Origin: a bacterium | GTDB taxonomy: Bacteria > UBA8248 | Assembly: GCA_965213685.1 (NCBI GenBank) | Contig: CBDBZY010000012.1 | Location: forward strand, 1 to 64,000 | Reading direction: 5' to 3' | DNA: 64,000 nucleotides | Part shown: one piece after another, positions 33,158-43,118 of the stretch | Layout: each line of letters starts with the position of its first letter | Numbering within the stretch: position 1 is the stretch's first letter | Translations under genes and position numbers: made by a program | Notes under the pieces: model-generated | Database searches by the model: none | What the model was told of the DNA's origin: nothing | The model's input: the letters and a program-made list of their open reading frames with translations, nothing else

Positions 33158-34907
33158 ATGACGCAAGACGCACGCCCGCTTCCGCGAATGGTATCGAGCG
33201 GAGAGCCGCCTTCAGCCACCAGAAAGTTCGATTACACCGTCATCGTCTGGGTGGTGATGTTCATCCTGCTGGTCATCCTGGTGGCGAATCCCATCTTCCA
33301 GCTTTTCAAGGAGAGTTTCTTCGTCTCCGAGGACGAGACCGGCGGCTTCACCTTTCAGAATTATTTCGACGCCTTTCAAACCTCGGAATACTACAAGCCG
33401 ATATACATCACGATGATGCTCGCCCTCTCCGTGGGCGTCATATCCCTGGTGGTGGGGGCCGTGATGGCCTGGGTGGTCAGCCGGACGGACGTCCCCTATC
33501 CGAATTTGCTCCGAAACGGCATCCTGGCCTCTTTCGTGACCCCCCCCCTTTCTGGGCGCCATCGCCTGGATATTCCTGGCCGGACGCAACGAGGGGTGGC
33601 TGAACAAGCTGATACGCTGGATATTCTGGCTGAGCGACGAGTTTTACGTGTTCGACATCTTTACGATGAAGGGCGTGGTGTTCGCGATGTCGCTCTACAC
33701 GTTCCCCCTCGTCTTCATCGTCGTCCTGTCGGGCCTGAACAACATTTCCTCGGACGTGGAGGACGCGGCCAATGTGGCGGGCGGCGGCACGTTCCACACG
33801 ATGTTCAGCATCACCCTGCCGCTGGTGGCGCCCTCGCTGTTCGCCGGCTTCATCCTGGCGGCGCTGGAGGCGATGATTCTGTTCGGCATCCCCGCCGTTT
33901 TGGCGATTCCGGCCGGCCAGCACACGATGACGACCCAGCTGCGCGCCTTCATGGTCTCGGAGGACGACCTGCTCGGCCTCGCCTCCGCCTACGCGATGCC
34001 CATGCTCGTTTTGGCGATCTGCATGGTCTGGACGCGCGGCGTGGTCCTGGGCCGCCGGGGCTACGCCACCGTCGGCGGCAAGGGCGGCCAGCGGCGCCCG
34101 CAGAAGCTCGGGGTCTGGCGAATTCCGGTGTTTTTACTCTGTCTGCTCCCGCTGGTGTGCGCGATCGTGCTGCCCTCGTTCTCCCTGCTGACCACCTCGT
34201 TCATGAGAAACCTGGGCGGCGGGTTGAACTGGGCGAATTTCACCCTCTGGAACTATCATTTCATCCTGACAAACGACGCGGTGCGGGTGGCGATTTACAA
34301 TACGATTCTCCTGGCCGTCATGGCGGCGACCGGCGCCACCATCGTGGCGGCGATCTCGGCTTTCATCGCGCAGCGCCAGCTCATCAAGGGGCATCAGTAT
34401 CTGGGGTTCATGGCGACCGCGCCCATCGGGATTCCCGGCATCGTTCTGGCGGTGGGCCTTTTCGCAGCCTATACGAAGCAGCCCTTCGTGCTGTATGGAA
34501 CGCTCTGGATCATGTTCCTGGCCTATCTCACCAAATATCTGCCCCTGGCGTATCAGACGTCGAACGCGGCGCTCACGAGCATCCACCCGGAGCTGGAGGA
34601 GAGTTGCCGCATCATGGGCGCGAACCGGCTGCAGGTTTTCAAGGATGTGACGGTGCCCCTGTTCAAGACGGGGATCATCGCGTCGTGGATACTGGTGTTC
34701 ATGCCCTCGCTTCGGGAGCTGAGCGCCTCGGTTCTGCTCTGGACGACGAACACGAAGGTCATCTCGGTGGTCATCGTGGACTTTTATGAGGAAACGCTGC
34801 TGGGGCCCATATCGGCCCTGGGCGTTTTGCTGCTGCTCATCACTTTGGCGGCGATTGCGATCGGTTTCCGCTTGGTGGGGAGAGACTTCATGCGGTCGGC
34901 CGGATAG
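33158..34907 (+). CDS. ABC permease (fused double TMD, FbpB-like); apparent frameshift in C run ~33540-33548
   Basis: Two EAA-like loops (VEDAANVAG, LEESCRIMGA); two ORF-track fragments join at the C run. Confidence 0.88.
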
Positions 34908-34924
34908 CGAAAGGGAGATTTGCG

Positions 34925-36004
34925 TTGGCGGTTCTAGACCTGAAAGGCCTGTTGAAGATATTTGGCACGGACGTGCGCGCGGTGGACGAGATAGACCTCC
35001 ACATCGAGCACGGGGAGCTCATCTCCCTCCTCGGCCCCTCGGGCTGCGGCAAGACGACGACGCTGCGGCTCGTGGCCGGTTTCATCGATCCGAACGCCGG
35101 CAAGATCGTGATGGACGGGGAGACCATATCGGACGGCGCCAGCGTCATTCCGCCCGAACGTCGCAACATGAGCATGATTTTCCAGAGCTACGCGATTTGG
35201 CCGCACAAGACGGTGGCCCAGAACGTGGGCTACGGGCTGAAGTTTCGGGGCATCACGGGCGCCGAGGCGGACAAGCGCGTGAAGAGCCTCCTCTCCATCG
35301 TGCAGATGGACCACCTGGGCGCACGGTATCCGGGGGAGCTTTCCGGCGGCCAGCAGCAGCGGGTGGCGCTGGCGCGCGCCCTGGTGGTGGAGCCGGCCGT
35401 GTTGCTGCTGGATGAGCCGCTCTCGAACCTGGACGCCAACCTGCGCGAGGAGATGCGGTTCGAGATCAGGCGCCTGCATGATGAGTTTCACATCACGAGC
35501 ATTTACGTGACCCACGATCAGGCCGAGGCGATGGTCACCAGCGACAGGATTTGCGTCATGAACAACGGAAAGATCGAACAACTCGGCTCGCCCTCGGAGA
35601 TATACGACGTTCCGGCGACGAAGTTCGTGGCCGAATTCGTCGGCGTGACGAACTCGATTCCGGGAAAGATCAGCGTCCCCGGTCTTTTCGAGGCCAGCGA
35701 GGGCGCGAAATTCATGATGGCCTCCGACGGCGGAACGGCGGGGGGCCTCGTCTCGATACGGCCCCACCGCATCCAGGTCCATCCCGAGGGCGCCGACGTG
35801 GGCGGCATGGACGCCCAGAACGTGATCGATGGCGAGGTGATACGCGGATATTACTTTGGCAGCACGGTGGACTATCTGGTGAGAGTGCCCGGCCTGGTGG
35901 AGCCGCTTCGGGTGATTGGCGACCCGCACGAGTTTTTCGACGTGGGCAGCAGGGTGCGGCTGACCATCGACAAGTCGGCGGTCATTCTCGTGAGCGACGA
36001 TTAG
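34925..36004 (+). CDS. ABC ATPase (PotA/FbpC-like)
   Basis: GPSGCGKT, LSGGQQQR, LLDEP, VTHDQ, TOBE tail. Confidence 0.93.
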   Translation: MAVLDLKGLLKIFGTDVRAVDEIDLHIEHGELISLLGPSGCGKTTTLRLVAGFIDPNAGKIVMDGETISDGASVIPPERRNMSMIFQSYAIWPHKTVAQNVGYGLKFRGITGAEADKRVKSLLSIVQMDHLGARYPGELSGGQQQRVALARALVVEPAVLLLDEPLSNLDANLREEMRFEIRRLHDEFHITSIYVTHDQAEAMVTSDRICVMNNGKIEQLGSPSEIYDVPATKFVAEFVGVTNSIPGKISVPGLFEASEGAKFMMASDGGTAGGLVSIRPHRIQVHPEGADVGGMDAQNVIDGEVIRGYYFGSTVDYLVRVPGLVEPLRVIGDPHEFFDVGSRVRLTIDKSAVILVSDD

Positions 36005-36020
36005 TCGTTCTCCTCCGTTC

Positions 36021-36983
36021 ATGCAAATCGTCATTCCCGACGACAGCTTCCGGTTGTTTGAGAATTCCGAGGCACTCGAACGCCTGCGCACCCTGGGCGA
36101 CGTGCGCCACTACACCGAGAGAGCCGAAAGCGGGGAGGCGCTCCTGGAGCGTCTCCAGGATGCGGAAATCATTCTGACGACAAGGTATCAAACCGACTTC
36201 AAGACGACCGATTTGCTGGATCGCATCCCCCGCCTGAGGATGATCTCCGTGATGGGCACGCGCCCGCGCATGATCGACATGGAGCGCGCCAACGCGCGCG
36301 GCATCGTGGTGAGCACCACGCCTGCGGCGAGTGCCGCCTCGGTCGCCGAGCACACGATGATGCTGGTGCTGGCCCTCTCGAAGAGGATGCCGATCATGTT
36401 CCCCGCCATGCGAGCGGGGGGCTGGCCGCAAGACCAGGGGGTCGAGCTGGCCGGAAAGACGCTGGGGCTCATTGGCTTCGGCCACATCGCTCGCCTCGTT
36501 TGCCGCATGGCGCTCGGCTTCGGGATGCGCGTCGTCGCTTGGTCGCGCTCGATGACGCCTGCGCGCGCGGGGGCGGAGGGTGCGGAGGCGGCCTCCGTGG
36601 ATGAATGCCTGGGGGCGGATGTGGTGTCGCTCCACATCCATCTGCCGGCGGGGGCCGCGCCCTTCATGTCGAGAGAGAAATTCGCCCGGATGAAGAAAAC
36701 GGCGTACTTCATCAACACTTCGCGCGCCCGCATCGTGGATGGCGACGCCTTGCTGGACGCCTTGCGGGATGGCCGCATCGCCGGTGCCGGCCTCGACGTG
36801 TTCGAGCCCTTCGAGCCCCTGCCGGGGGATTCGCCGTACCGCTCCCTGGACAACGTCCTCATCACGCCGCATTCGGCCTGGATCACCGACGGCACGTATG
36901 CGCGATTCCGGAACGCGCCGGTGGCGAACGTCGAGGCGTTTCTCAGAGGCGCGCCCACCCACGTCGTGAGAGAGGACGCCTGA
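36021..36983 (+). CDS. D-2-hydroxyacid dehydrogenase family
   Basis: GLIGFGHIA, NTSR, DVF..EPL, TPH. Confidence 0.9.
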   Translation: MQIVIPDDSFRLFENSEALERLRTLGDVRHYTERAESGEALLERLQDAEIILTTRYQTDFKTTDLLDRIPRLRMISVMGTRPRMIDMERANARGIVVSTTPAASAASVAEHTMMLVLALSKRMPIMFPAMRAGGWPQDQGVELAGKTLGLIGFGHIARLVCRMALGFGMRVVAWSRSMTPARAGAEGAEAASVDECLGADVVSLHIHLPAGAAPFMSREKFARMKKTAYFINTSRARIVDGDALLDALRDGRIAGAGLDVFEPFEPLPGDSPYRSLDNVLITPHSAWITDGTYARFRNAPVANVEAFLRGAPTHVVREDA

Positions 36984-37073
36984 GCGGCGCCCGCCCGCGC
37001 GGAACCCCCGACGCGCAAACGAACCCCCCGCCCGCTGCCCGCTGCGCAGACGGCGGGAATGGGGTCGCGCGCG

Positions 37074-37754
37074 CTAATCCTTCTTGATCAGTATGTTGTT
37101 GTACAGCACCGCCGCCGCCACGCCTCCGATGATGGGCCCTATCCAGTAGACGAGATGGTTGACGCCGTCAAAACCGCCGCCGGCGAGTGCGGTGCCGAAG
37201 GTGCGCGCCGGGTTCATGGCCGCTCCCGTGAGCGGGCCGCCCATCAGGATGTCGGCGGCGACGGTCAGGCCAATCGCGAAACCGCCGACGTCAGGGCGCC
37301 TGTCGTCCACGGCGGATCCCCAGATGGCGGTCACCAGGAAAAATGTGAGGACGATCTCGATCAGGACGCCCGTCCCGAAGCTCACGTCGCTCGCGAGGGT
37401 AGGCGTCCCCAGATTCACCTTCTGCCAGACGTCGGCGTCAAAAATGACTCGCAGGAGGATGCCGGCCACGGTTCCCCCCACCAGCTGGCTGATGATGTAG
37501 GAGGCGCCCGTCCCGCCGTCGGTCTTTTTCGTCACCATGAAGCCGATGGTGACGGCCGGGTTGTAATGGGCACCCGAGACGTGCCCCAGTGCGGAAATCA
37601 TGACCGACAGGATCAAGCCGTGCGCCAGGGCGATGCCGATCAAGCCCACGGCGCCTCCCGTTTTTTGGTTCAGGATGATGGCGCCGGCGCCGATGAAGCA
37701 CAGCGCGAAGGTGCCGATGGCTTCGGCCACGCAGGCTCTTCCTGTAGGACTCAT
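37074..37754 (-). CDS. MIP family channel (aquaporin)
   Basis: Two NPA motifs (HYNPAVT, MNPART), AEAIGTF, YWIGP. Confidence 0.95.
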   Translation of the reverse strand: MSPTGRACVAEAIGTFALCFIGAGAIILNQKTGGAVGLIGIALAHGLILSVMISALGHVSGAHYNPAVTIGFMVTKKTDGGTGASYIISQLVGGTVAGILLRVIFDADVWQKVNLGTPTLASDVSFGTGVLIEIVLTFFLVTAIWGSAVDDRRPDVGGFAIGLTVAADILMGGPLTGAAMNPARTFGTALAGGGFDGVNHLVYWIGPIIGGVAAAVLYNNILIKKD

Positions 37755-37891
37755 TTTTCCCCTCCTTGCTCATCCGGGCGAAAGAACGTATGGCAGTCCG
37801 CGCGCTCCGTGGACTTTATATGTGGGACTCCAGCGGCCTCCAGTGAAAGGGAACGGCTCGTTTTCAAGGCGCCCCTCCCCATCATAGCAAA

Positions 37892-38851
37892 TCATGGAGC
37901 GGACACCACGTTTTGGGGCTTCCCCGAGAGGGCGGCGGCGATGTTCTCGACCGCCATCAGGAGGCCGGCCTCCGTCACCTCGGGCGTGATGCCCGCGTTG
38001 TGGGGGGAGAGAACCACGTTTTCCAGCTTTCCCAACGGGTGGTGCGGCGGCAGGGGCTCCTGGTCGAACACGTCGAGGCCCGCGGCGGCCAGGGCGCCGT
38101 TTTCCAGGGCGGATACGAGCGCCCCCTCGTCCACGATGGGGCCCCGTGCGGTGTTCACCAGGATGGTGTTTGGCCCCATGCGGGAAAACGCCTCGGCGCC
38201 GACCATGCCGACGGTATCCGCCGATTGCCGCACGTGGACGGAGACGACGTCGGCCCGCTCGTACAAATCGTCCAGCCCGACGAACCGCAGTCCCACCTCT
38301 GCGGCGAAATCATCGTCCGGATGAAACGTCCAGGCGATGAGGTGCATCCCGATTCCGGCGGCGATGCGGGCCGTCTGCCGGCCGATGGCGCCCAAGCCGA
38401 TGAGGCCGAGGGTTTTTCCGCTCAGCTGCGTCATCCGGCCACGGGGCCATTCCCCCGCCCGCATGGCGGAGTCGTTCCGGGGTATCTGGCGCGCGGCCGC
38501 CATCATGAGCGCCAGGGCATGTTCCGCCACGGAAACGGCGGCCACGCCCGGCGTGTTCGATACGATGACGTCTGCGGCCCCGGCCGCCTCCAGTGCGACG
38601 TGATCCGTGCCCGTTCCCCAGATGGACAGCACCCGGAGGCCGCGACAACGCGAGAAAAAATTCGCGTCGAACTTGCAGAAGGCCCGTATGTTGATGACGC
38701 CGTCCGCCCCGCTCACGCGGCGGAGCAATTCTTCGGGCGTCTGCGGATTCGACCCGTGAATTTCCGCATCGCCGATCTCCCGCAGGCGCGCCTCGGCGGC
38801 GCTGCCCGCGAAAACGGACGGGTAGTCGTCCGGCACAACGATTCTGCTCAC
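37892..38851 (-). CDS. D-2-hydroxyacid dehydrogenase family
   Basis: GLIGLGAIG, NTARG, DVFDQEP, SPHNAG. Confidence 0.9.
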   Translation of the reverse strand: MSRIVVPDDYPSVFAGSAAEARLREIGDAEIHGSNPQTPEELLRRVSGADGVINIRAFCKFDANFFSRCRGLRVLSIWGTGTDHVALEAAGAADVIVSNTPGVAAVSVAEHALALMMAAARQIPRNDSAMRAGEWPRGRMTQLSGKTLGLIGLGAIGRQTARIAAGIGMHLIAWTFHPDDDFAAEVGLRFVGLDDLYERADVVSVHVRQSADTVGMVGAEAFSRMGPNTILVNTARGPIVDEGALVSALENGALAAAGLDVFDQEPLPPHHPLGKLENVVLSPHNAGITPEVTEAGLLMAVENIAAALSGKPQNVVSAP

Positions 38852-38973
38852 GAACCCTCCCTCCTCCTTGCGCGCCAGAAAATGAACGCGCCCGACGGTT
38901 CTCTTTTGCCGTCCCTTTGTGCATCATGCGCAAGTTCGCCTGTATTCTTATGACACTGAAGGAGACAAGACAA

Positions 38974-39528
38974 GTGACGCCCCTCGACCCACGCAAAGAC
39001 AGCGCAATTCCCGGCGAGCGCACGATTGACAAGCCGGAACTGCCTCCGCAGGGCTATGCCTTCACCATGTCCGCCGACACGGAAACGATAGAGGGAAAGG
39101 GACAACTCAAGCGGGGGACGCACAGACACTTCGAGGTGTATTGCGACGAGCCGCCCCGCATCGGAGGCGAGGACTCCTACCCGCAGCCGCTTTGCTACAT
39201 CGCCATGGGGGTGGGGTTCTGACTGCTCACCCAGCTGGCGCGGTACGCGCACATGATGAAGGTGTCCTTCCGGCACGCCAGGGTGCACGTGGATTTCGAC
39301 TATTTTCTCGGCGGCTCCGTCCTCCGGGGGACGGTGCGTTCGGGCTGCTCCGAGGTGCGCACGCATTTCGAGGTGGAGTCCGACGAGGCGGCGGAGAGGA
39401 TTCTGGCGGTCATCCGGAACGCGAAGCGAGGGTGCTTTGCCGAGCAGATGGTGACGGCCGCCGTTCCGCTGAAAAGCACGGTGGCGCTGAATGGCGAGTC
39501 GGTTTCCCTGGGCGGCGCATCGGAATGA
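38974..39528 (+). CDS. OsmC-like selenoprotein (184 aa, Sec at UGA 39220-39222)
   Basis: The two ORF-track fragments are in the same frame, separated only by TGA; DEPPRIGG..P.PL.Y....GF-U-LLT then a second Cys in RGCFAE; AAGGAG RBS before GTG 38974. Confidence 0.85.
39223..39264 (+). promoter_or_regulatory. Bacterial SECIS-like hairpin
   Basis: GCGCG-GTA-CGCGC apical stem at 39238-39250 with a G-initiated loop about 20 nt after UGA; lower stem includes CACC/GGTG. Confidence 0.7.
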
Positions 39529-39610
39529 GGCGCGCGTCCGCGATGCGACGGGCGTCACGCGGTCGCGGAGGGGATTTCAGTTCCCCGGGGCGCGCACCGG
39601 GAATGAGGCG
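39459..39610 (+). repeat. Imperfect tandem duplication (~74-78 bp) of the osmC-like 3' end
   Basis: TCGGTTTCCCTGGGCGGCGCATCGGAATGAGGCG (39499-39532) versus TCAGTTCCCCGGGGCGCGCACCGGGAATGAGGCG (39577-39610). Confidence 0.7.
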
Positions 39611-39655
39611 GAAAACGCCCGGAGGCCGGGTCTCGCGTCGGCTGAAGCCTGCGCT

Positions 39656-41167
39656 CTAGGCGGGGGTTGAATTCGCCGCCACCGCGCGCCGTCCCGCAGC
39701 GGTTCCCGCCAGTCGCCCGTATACGGAGCCGAGGGTGAGCCCCGCTCCCCCCGGGTAGTTGAAGTAATAGACGCCGCCCACGAGTTCGCCCGCGGCGAAA
39801 AGCCCGGGGATGACCTCGTTTTCGGCGTTCATGACCTCGGCTTTGGGCGTCACGCGGATGCCGCCGAAGGTGAACGTGATGCCCGTGGTGACGGCGAAGC
39901 CGAGATAGGGCGGCGCGTCGATGGGCAGTGCCCAGTTCGACTTGGGCGGGTCGATGCCCTTCGTGCGTTTGCCGTCCTTGATGGTCGGGTTGTATGCGCC
40001 CGGCTGAACCGCCGCGTTGTATTCCCGAATCGTCCGGACGAAGGCGTCGACCTCGATGTCGAGCTGCTCGGCGAGTTCCTCCAGGGTGCCGGCCTCGGCC
40101 TTGGTGACCTCGCGGATGCGGTATTCGTCGCGGAGCATGTGCACCGTTTTCTGGTCGAATATCTGGAAGGCGGCCCGCTGGGGCTGCTGGAGGATGTTTC
40201 GTCCGTATTTGGCGTAGGTGTAGTTTCGGAAGTCGGCTCCCTCGTCCACGAAGCGCTTGCCCTCGATGTTCACGATGACGCCGAACGGGTAGGAGTGCTT
40301 CTGGTAGGATTCGCCCACCGTGAGGTCGCCGAAGGGCGGGGCGTTCAAATCCCAGGCGACGGCGTGGCAGCCGCTCCAGTTCCCGTAAGGCTGGGCGCCG
40401 ATGTCGAGGGCCATCCGGATGCCGTCGCCCGTGTTGTAGGGGGTGCCGCGGACTTTCGCGAGCTCCCAGCCCGGGCCGAGGTATCGGCAGCGCATCTCGG
40501 AGTTCGCCTCGAAACCGCCCGAGGCCAGCACCACCCCGTGCGCCTCGATTTCGTAAGGCCCCTCGGGGCCTTTCACCTCCACGCCCCGCACGCCGCCCAT
40601 GGGGTCCGTGAGAAGTCGGGTGGCCTTCGATGCGTAGCGGACCTCGACGCCCGCCTTGTTCGCGGCGTCGAGGAGCGAGTCGATGAGGCCGCGCCCGCCC
40701 CCGACGATTTCGAGAATCAGCCCGCCCCAGAAGCGCATCTTGCCGTCCACCTGGAAGGCCTGCCTGCCGGCGGCGAGGATGAGCCGCAATCCCTTGGACT
40801 GCATCCATTTCAGGGTCGGGAACGATTCGTGGATGAGCACGGAGGCGAGGTCGCCGTCCGTCTGGTATTCGGTCAGCATGGCGAGGTCGTCAAAGAATTT
40901 TTCGGACGTGTAGGGCTCAATCTCGATGGCTTCCTTCTCGGCGTCGGACAGATCGGGCACGAGCGAATAGATGTCCTCGATGCTGTGGAAGGCGAAGCGA
41001 AACAGCCCTCCGGAAAAAGCCGAGTTGCCGCCGCGCCACGCCTCGGGCGCCTTCTCCAGGGCCAAAACCCTCTCCGCCCCCTGGTCGCGGGCCGCGAGCG
41101 CCGCGCAGAGCGCGGCGTTGCCGCAGCCCACGACGACGACGTCGTATTTCTCTGTAGCGTTCGGCAT
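39656..41167 (-). CDS. tcuA: FAD-dependent tricarballylate dehydrogenase TcuA-like
   Basis: VVGCGNAA, RGGNS, ASGGFEAN, RGTPYNTGDG, GITFTFGG, NYPGGAGL. Confidence 0.8.
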   Translation of the reverse strand: MPNATEKYDVVVVGCGNAALCAALAARDQGAERVLALEKAPEAWRGGNSAFSGGLFRFAFHSIEDIYSLVPDLSDAEKEAIEIEPYTSEKFFDDLAMLTEYQTDGDLASVLIHESFPTLKWMQSKGLRLILAAGRQAFQVDGKMRFWGGLILEIVGGGRGLIDSLLDAANKAGVEVRYASKATRLLTDPMGGVRGVEVKGPEGPYEIEAHGVVLASGGFEANSEMRCRYLGPGWELAKVRGTPYNTGDGIRMALDIGAQPYGNWSGCHAVAWDLNAPPFGDLTVGESYQKHSYPFGVIVNIEGKRFVDEGADFRNYTYAKYGRNILQQPQRAAFQIFDQKTVHMLRDEYRIREVTKAEAGTLEELAEQLDIEVDAFVRTIREYNAAVQPGAYNPTIKDGKRTKGIDPPKSNWALPIDAPPYLGFAVTTGITFTFGGIRVTPKAEVMNAENEVIPGLFAAGELVGGVYYFNYPGGAGLTLGSVYGRLAGTAAGRRAVAANSTPA

Positions 41168-41378
41168 TTCTCAAAACCTCCTCGAAGCCTTTCTCTGGGG
41201 ATGGCCTATGTCTGGGTGGAGAAGCGGAAAATCGCGTCGTTTTGCAGGGGTTTTCCGTCCCGTCTGGCAAGATCGTGCGAACCCGGTTCCTGTCTAGCAT
41301 ACGGAAGCGGCCCGGTCAAAACTCCGGATGCGAGACGTCCGCGCCCATCGGCGTGGGCGGAGCGTGGTTTCTCCCTGG

Positions 41379-41407
41379 TTGACGGACGGGATGCGCTTTC
41401 GTATAAT
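41379..41407 (+). promoter_or_regulatory. Near-consensus sigma70 promoter for tcmP/DUF5131
   Basis: TTGACG-N17-TATAAT. Confidence 0.75.
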
Positions 41408-41482
41408 TTTCTCTTGACTGAATGGAGATGATGGCAAGGCGTGCTGGACGGCATGAACGTTTGGAGAATAGGAGTCTAGAAT

Positions 41483-42349
41483 TTGTCGGGTGGCGAAAAA
41501 CCGTTTGGCGGAGATTGGACGCGCGAGAAGCTCGATATACTGGAGAAGTATCTCGATGCGTATACGACAGCGCTGAAGAACCGGCGTTTCCGGCTCATCT
41601 ACATGGATGCGTTCGCGGGCACGGGCCGCGTAGAGCTTTCTGGTGACAAGGAGGAGAGGCGCCTGAGTAAGGAGGAGGGGCGCTTCCTGAGTGGCTCCGC
41701 AGAGCGTGCCGTCAAGGTTGACGACAAGCCTTTCGACAAGTTGATTTTCGTCGAAAAAGACTCTGCGCGGTGCGAGAAATTGAAGGGCTTGCGCGAGGCG
41801 TATCCCTGCAGAAATATCCAGATCGCAAACGAGGATGCGAATGCGTTTCTAGCCAGCTTTCAAGTAAATAGGGATGAGTGGCGCGGCGTCTTGTTCCTGG
41901 ATCCGTTCGCCACCGAGGTCGAATGGGAGACCGTCCGTAAAATTGCAGGGTTGCGCGCCCTGGACACCTGGATTCTGTTTCCCACGTCCGCTATCGCGCG
42001 GATGCTGCCAAGGTTGAGACAGCCGGACGATATCAGTGAGGAGTGGGTGAACCGCCTGAACAGATTTTTTGGTGACGAAAGCTGGCGGAAAGTGTACAAA
42101 GAGAGTCGGCAGGGGGAGCTGTTTGGTGAAAATGCGCAGACCAGGGAGCCGGGCGTCGGCGAGTTTCTCGAAATCTACAAGGACAAGCTGGCGGAATTGT
42201 TCGACAAAAGGTTTCTACGAAAATCCAGGAAGCTGTCCAACTCCAAAAATTCCCAGTTGTTCGAATTTTTGTTTTGCGTGGGCTATGATAGTAAGAAAGC
42301 AATCCGTCTCGCCAAAGAAATCGCAGAACACATCCTGAACAATCTGTAA
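41483..42349 (+). CDS. tcmP: Three-Cys-motif partner protein TcmP (SAM-dependent methyltransferase-like)
   Basis: WT.EKL.IL.KYL.AY, YMDAFAGTG, GSA, FVEKD, DAN, FLDPFA; adjacent to DUF5131. Confidence 0.85.
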   Translation: MSGGEKPFGGDWTREKLDILEKYLDAYTTALKNRRFRLIYMDAFAGTGRVELSGDKEERRLSKEEGRFLSGSAERAVKVDDKPFDKLIFVEKDSARCEKLKGLREAYPCRNIQIANEDANAFLASFQVNRDEWRGVLFLDPFATEVEWETVRKIAGLRALDTWILFPTSAIARMLPRLRQPDDISEEWVNRLNRFFGDESWRKVYKESRQGELFGENAQTREPGVGEFLEIYKDKLAELFDKRFLRKSRKLSNSKNSQLFEFLFCVGYDSKKAIRLAKEIAEHILNNL

Positions 42350-42351
42350 CC

Positions 42352-43080
42352 ATGCCCGCGCACTCTGCGATCGAATGGACCGAGGTCACCTGGAACCCCG
42401 TGACGGGCTGCACGAAGATCAGCGAGGGGTGCAAGCACTGCTACGCGGAGCGCATGGCCAGAAGGTTGCAAGCCATGGGAGTGGAGAAATACAGGGAGGG
42501 GTTCTCTGTCGCCGTTCACGAAGCCGCACTCGACGCTCCGCTGAAATGGCGGCGGCCGCGTCTCGTCTTCGTCAACTCCATGTCCGACCTGTTCCACAGG
42601 TCGGTTCCGTCAGCGTTCATCGAGGCCGTCTTCGACGTCATGAATCGGGCGTCCCGGCACACCTTTCAGGTGCTCACCAAGCGCCCGCGCCGCGCGGTCG
42701 CCCTGAACAAGAAGCTGCGCTGGTCGCCGAACATCTGGCTGGGCACGAGCATCGAGAACGAGAGGTGGCTGGAGCGGCTGGCGGTGCTTCGGGAGACCGG
42801 CGCTCAAACGAAGTTCCTGTCTCTCGAGCCCCTGCTGGGGCCCTTGCCGGGTCTGGACCTGCGCAGCGTCGACTGGGTGATCGTCGGAGGCGAGTCGGGG
42901 CCGGGAGCGAGGCCGATGGAAGCGGACTGGGTGCGGGAGATACGGGACAACTGCTTTCAGCACGACGTGCCGTTCTTCTTCAAGCAATGGGGAGGCGTAT
43001 TCAAAAAAAGGACTGGGCGGACCCTGGATGACCGCACATGGGAGCAAATGCCGGCACCGGTATCGCGGCGCAGGGAATAG
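42352..43080 (+). CDS. DUF5131 / phage Gp37-Gp68 family (radical-SAM-like)
   Basis: IEWTEVTWNPVTGCTKISEGCKHCYA (CX6CX2C), SMSDLFH, LTKR, SLEPLL, WVIVGGESG, FFKQWGG. Confidence 0.93.
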   Translation: MPAHSAIEWTEVTWNPVTGCTKISEGCKHCYAERMARRLQAMGVEKYREGFSVAVHEAALDAPLKWRRPRLVFVNSMSDLFHRSVPSAFIEAVFDVMNRASRHTFQVLTKRPRRAVALNKKLRWSPNIWLGTSIENERWLERLAVLRETGAQTKFLSLEPLLGPLPGLDLRSVDWVIVGGESGPGARPMEADWVREIRDNCFQHDVPFFFKQWGGVFKKRTGRTLDDRTWEQMPAPVSRRRE

Positions 43081-43118
43081 GGTTTGGTTGGTTTCCCTCC
43101 TCCGGAGCCGCTCCCCCC

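Noticed and set aside
38917-39528. Two small genes or a nonsense pseudogene
   Set aside because: The TGA is in frame at the catalytic Cys column, is followed by a SECIS-like hairpin, and both halves are intact.
42352-43080. Prophage inferred from the Gp37/Gp68 family name
   Set aside because: Both flanks are metabolic genes with no other phage functions.
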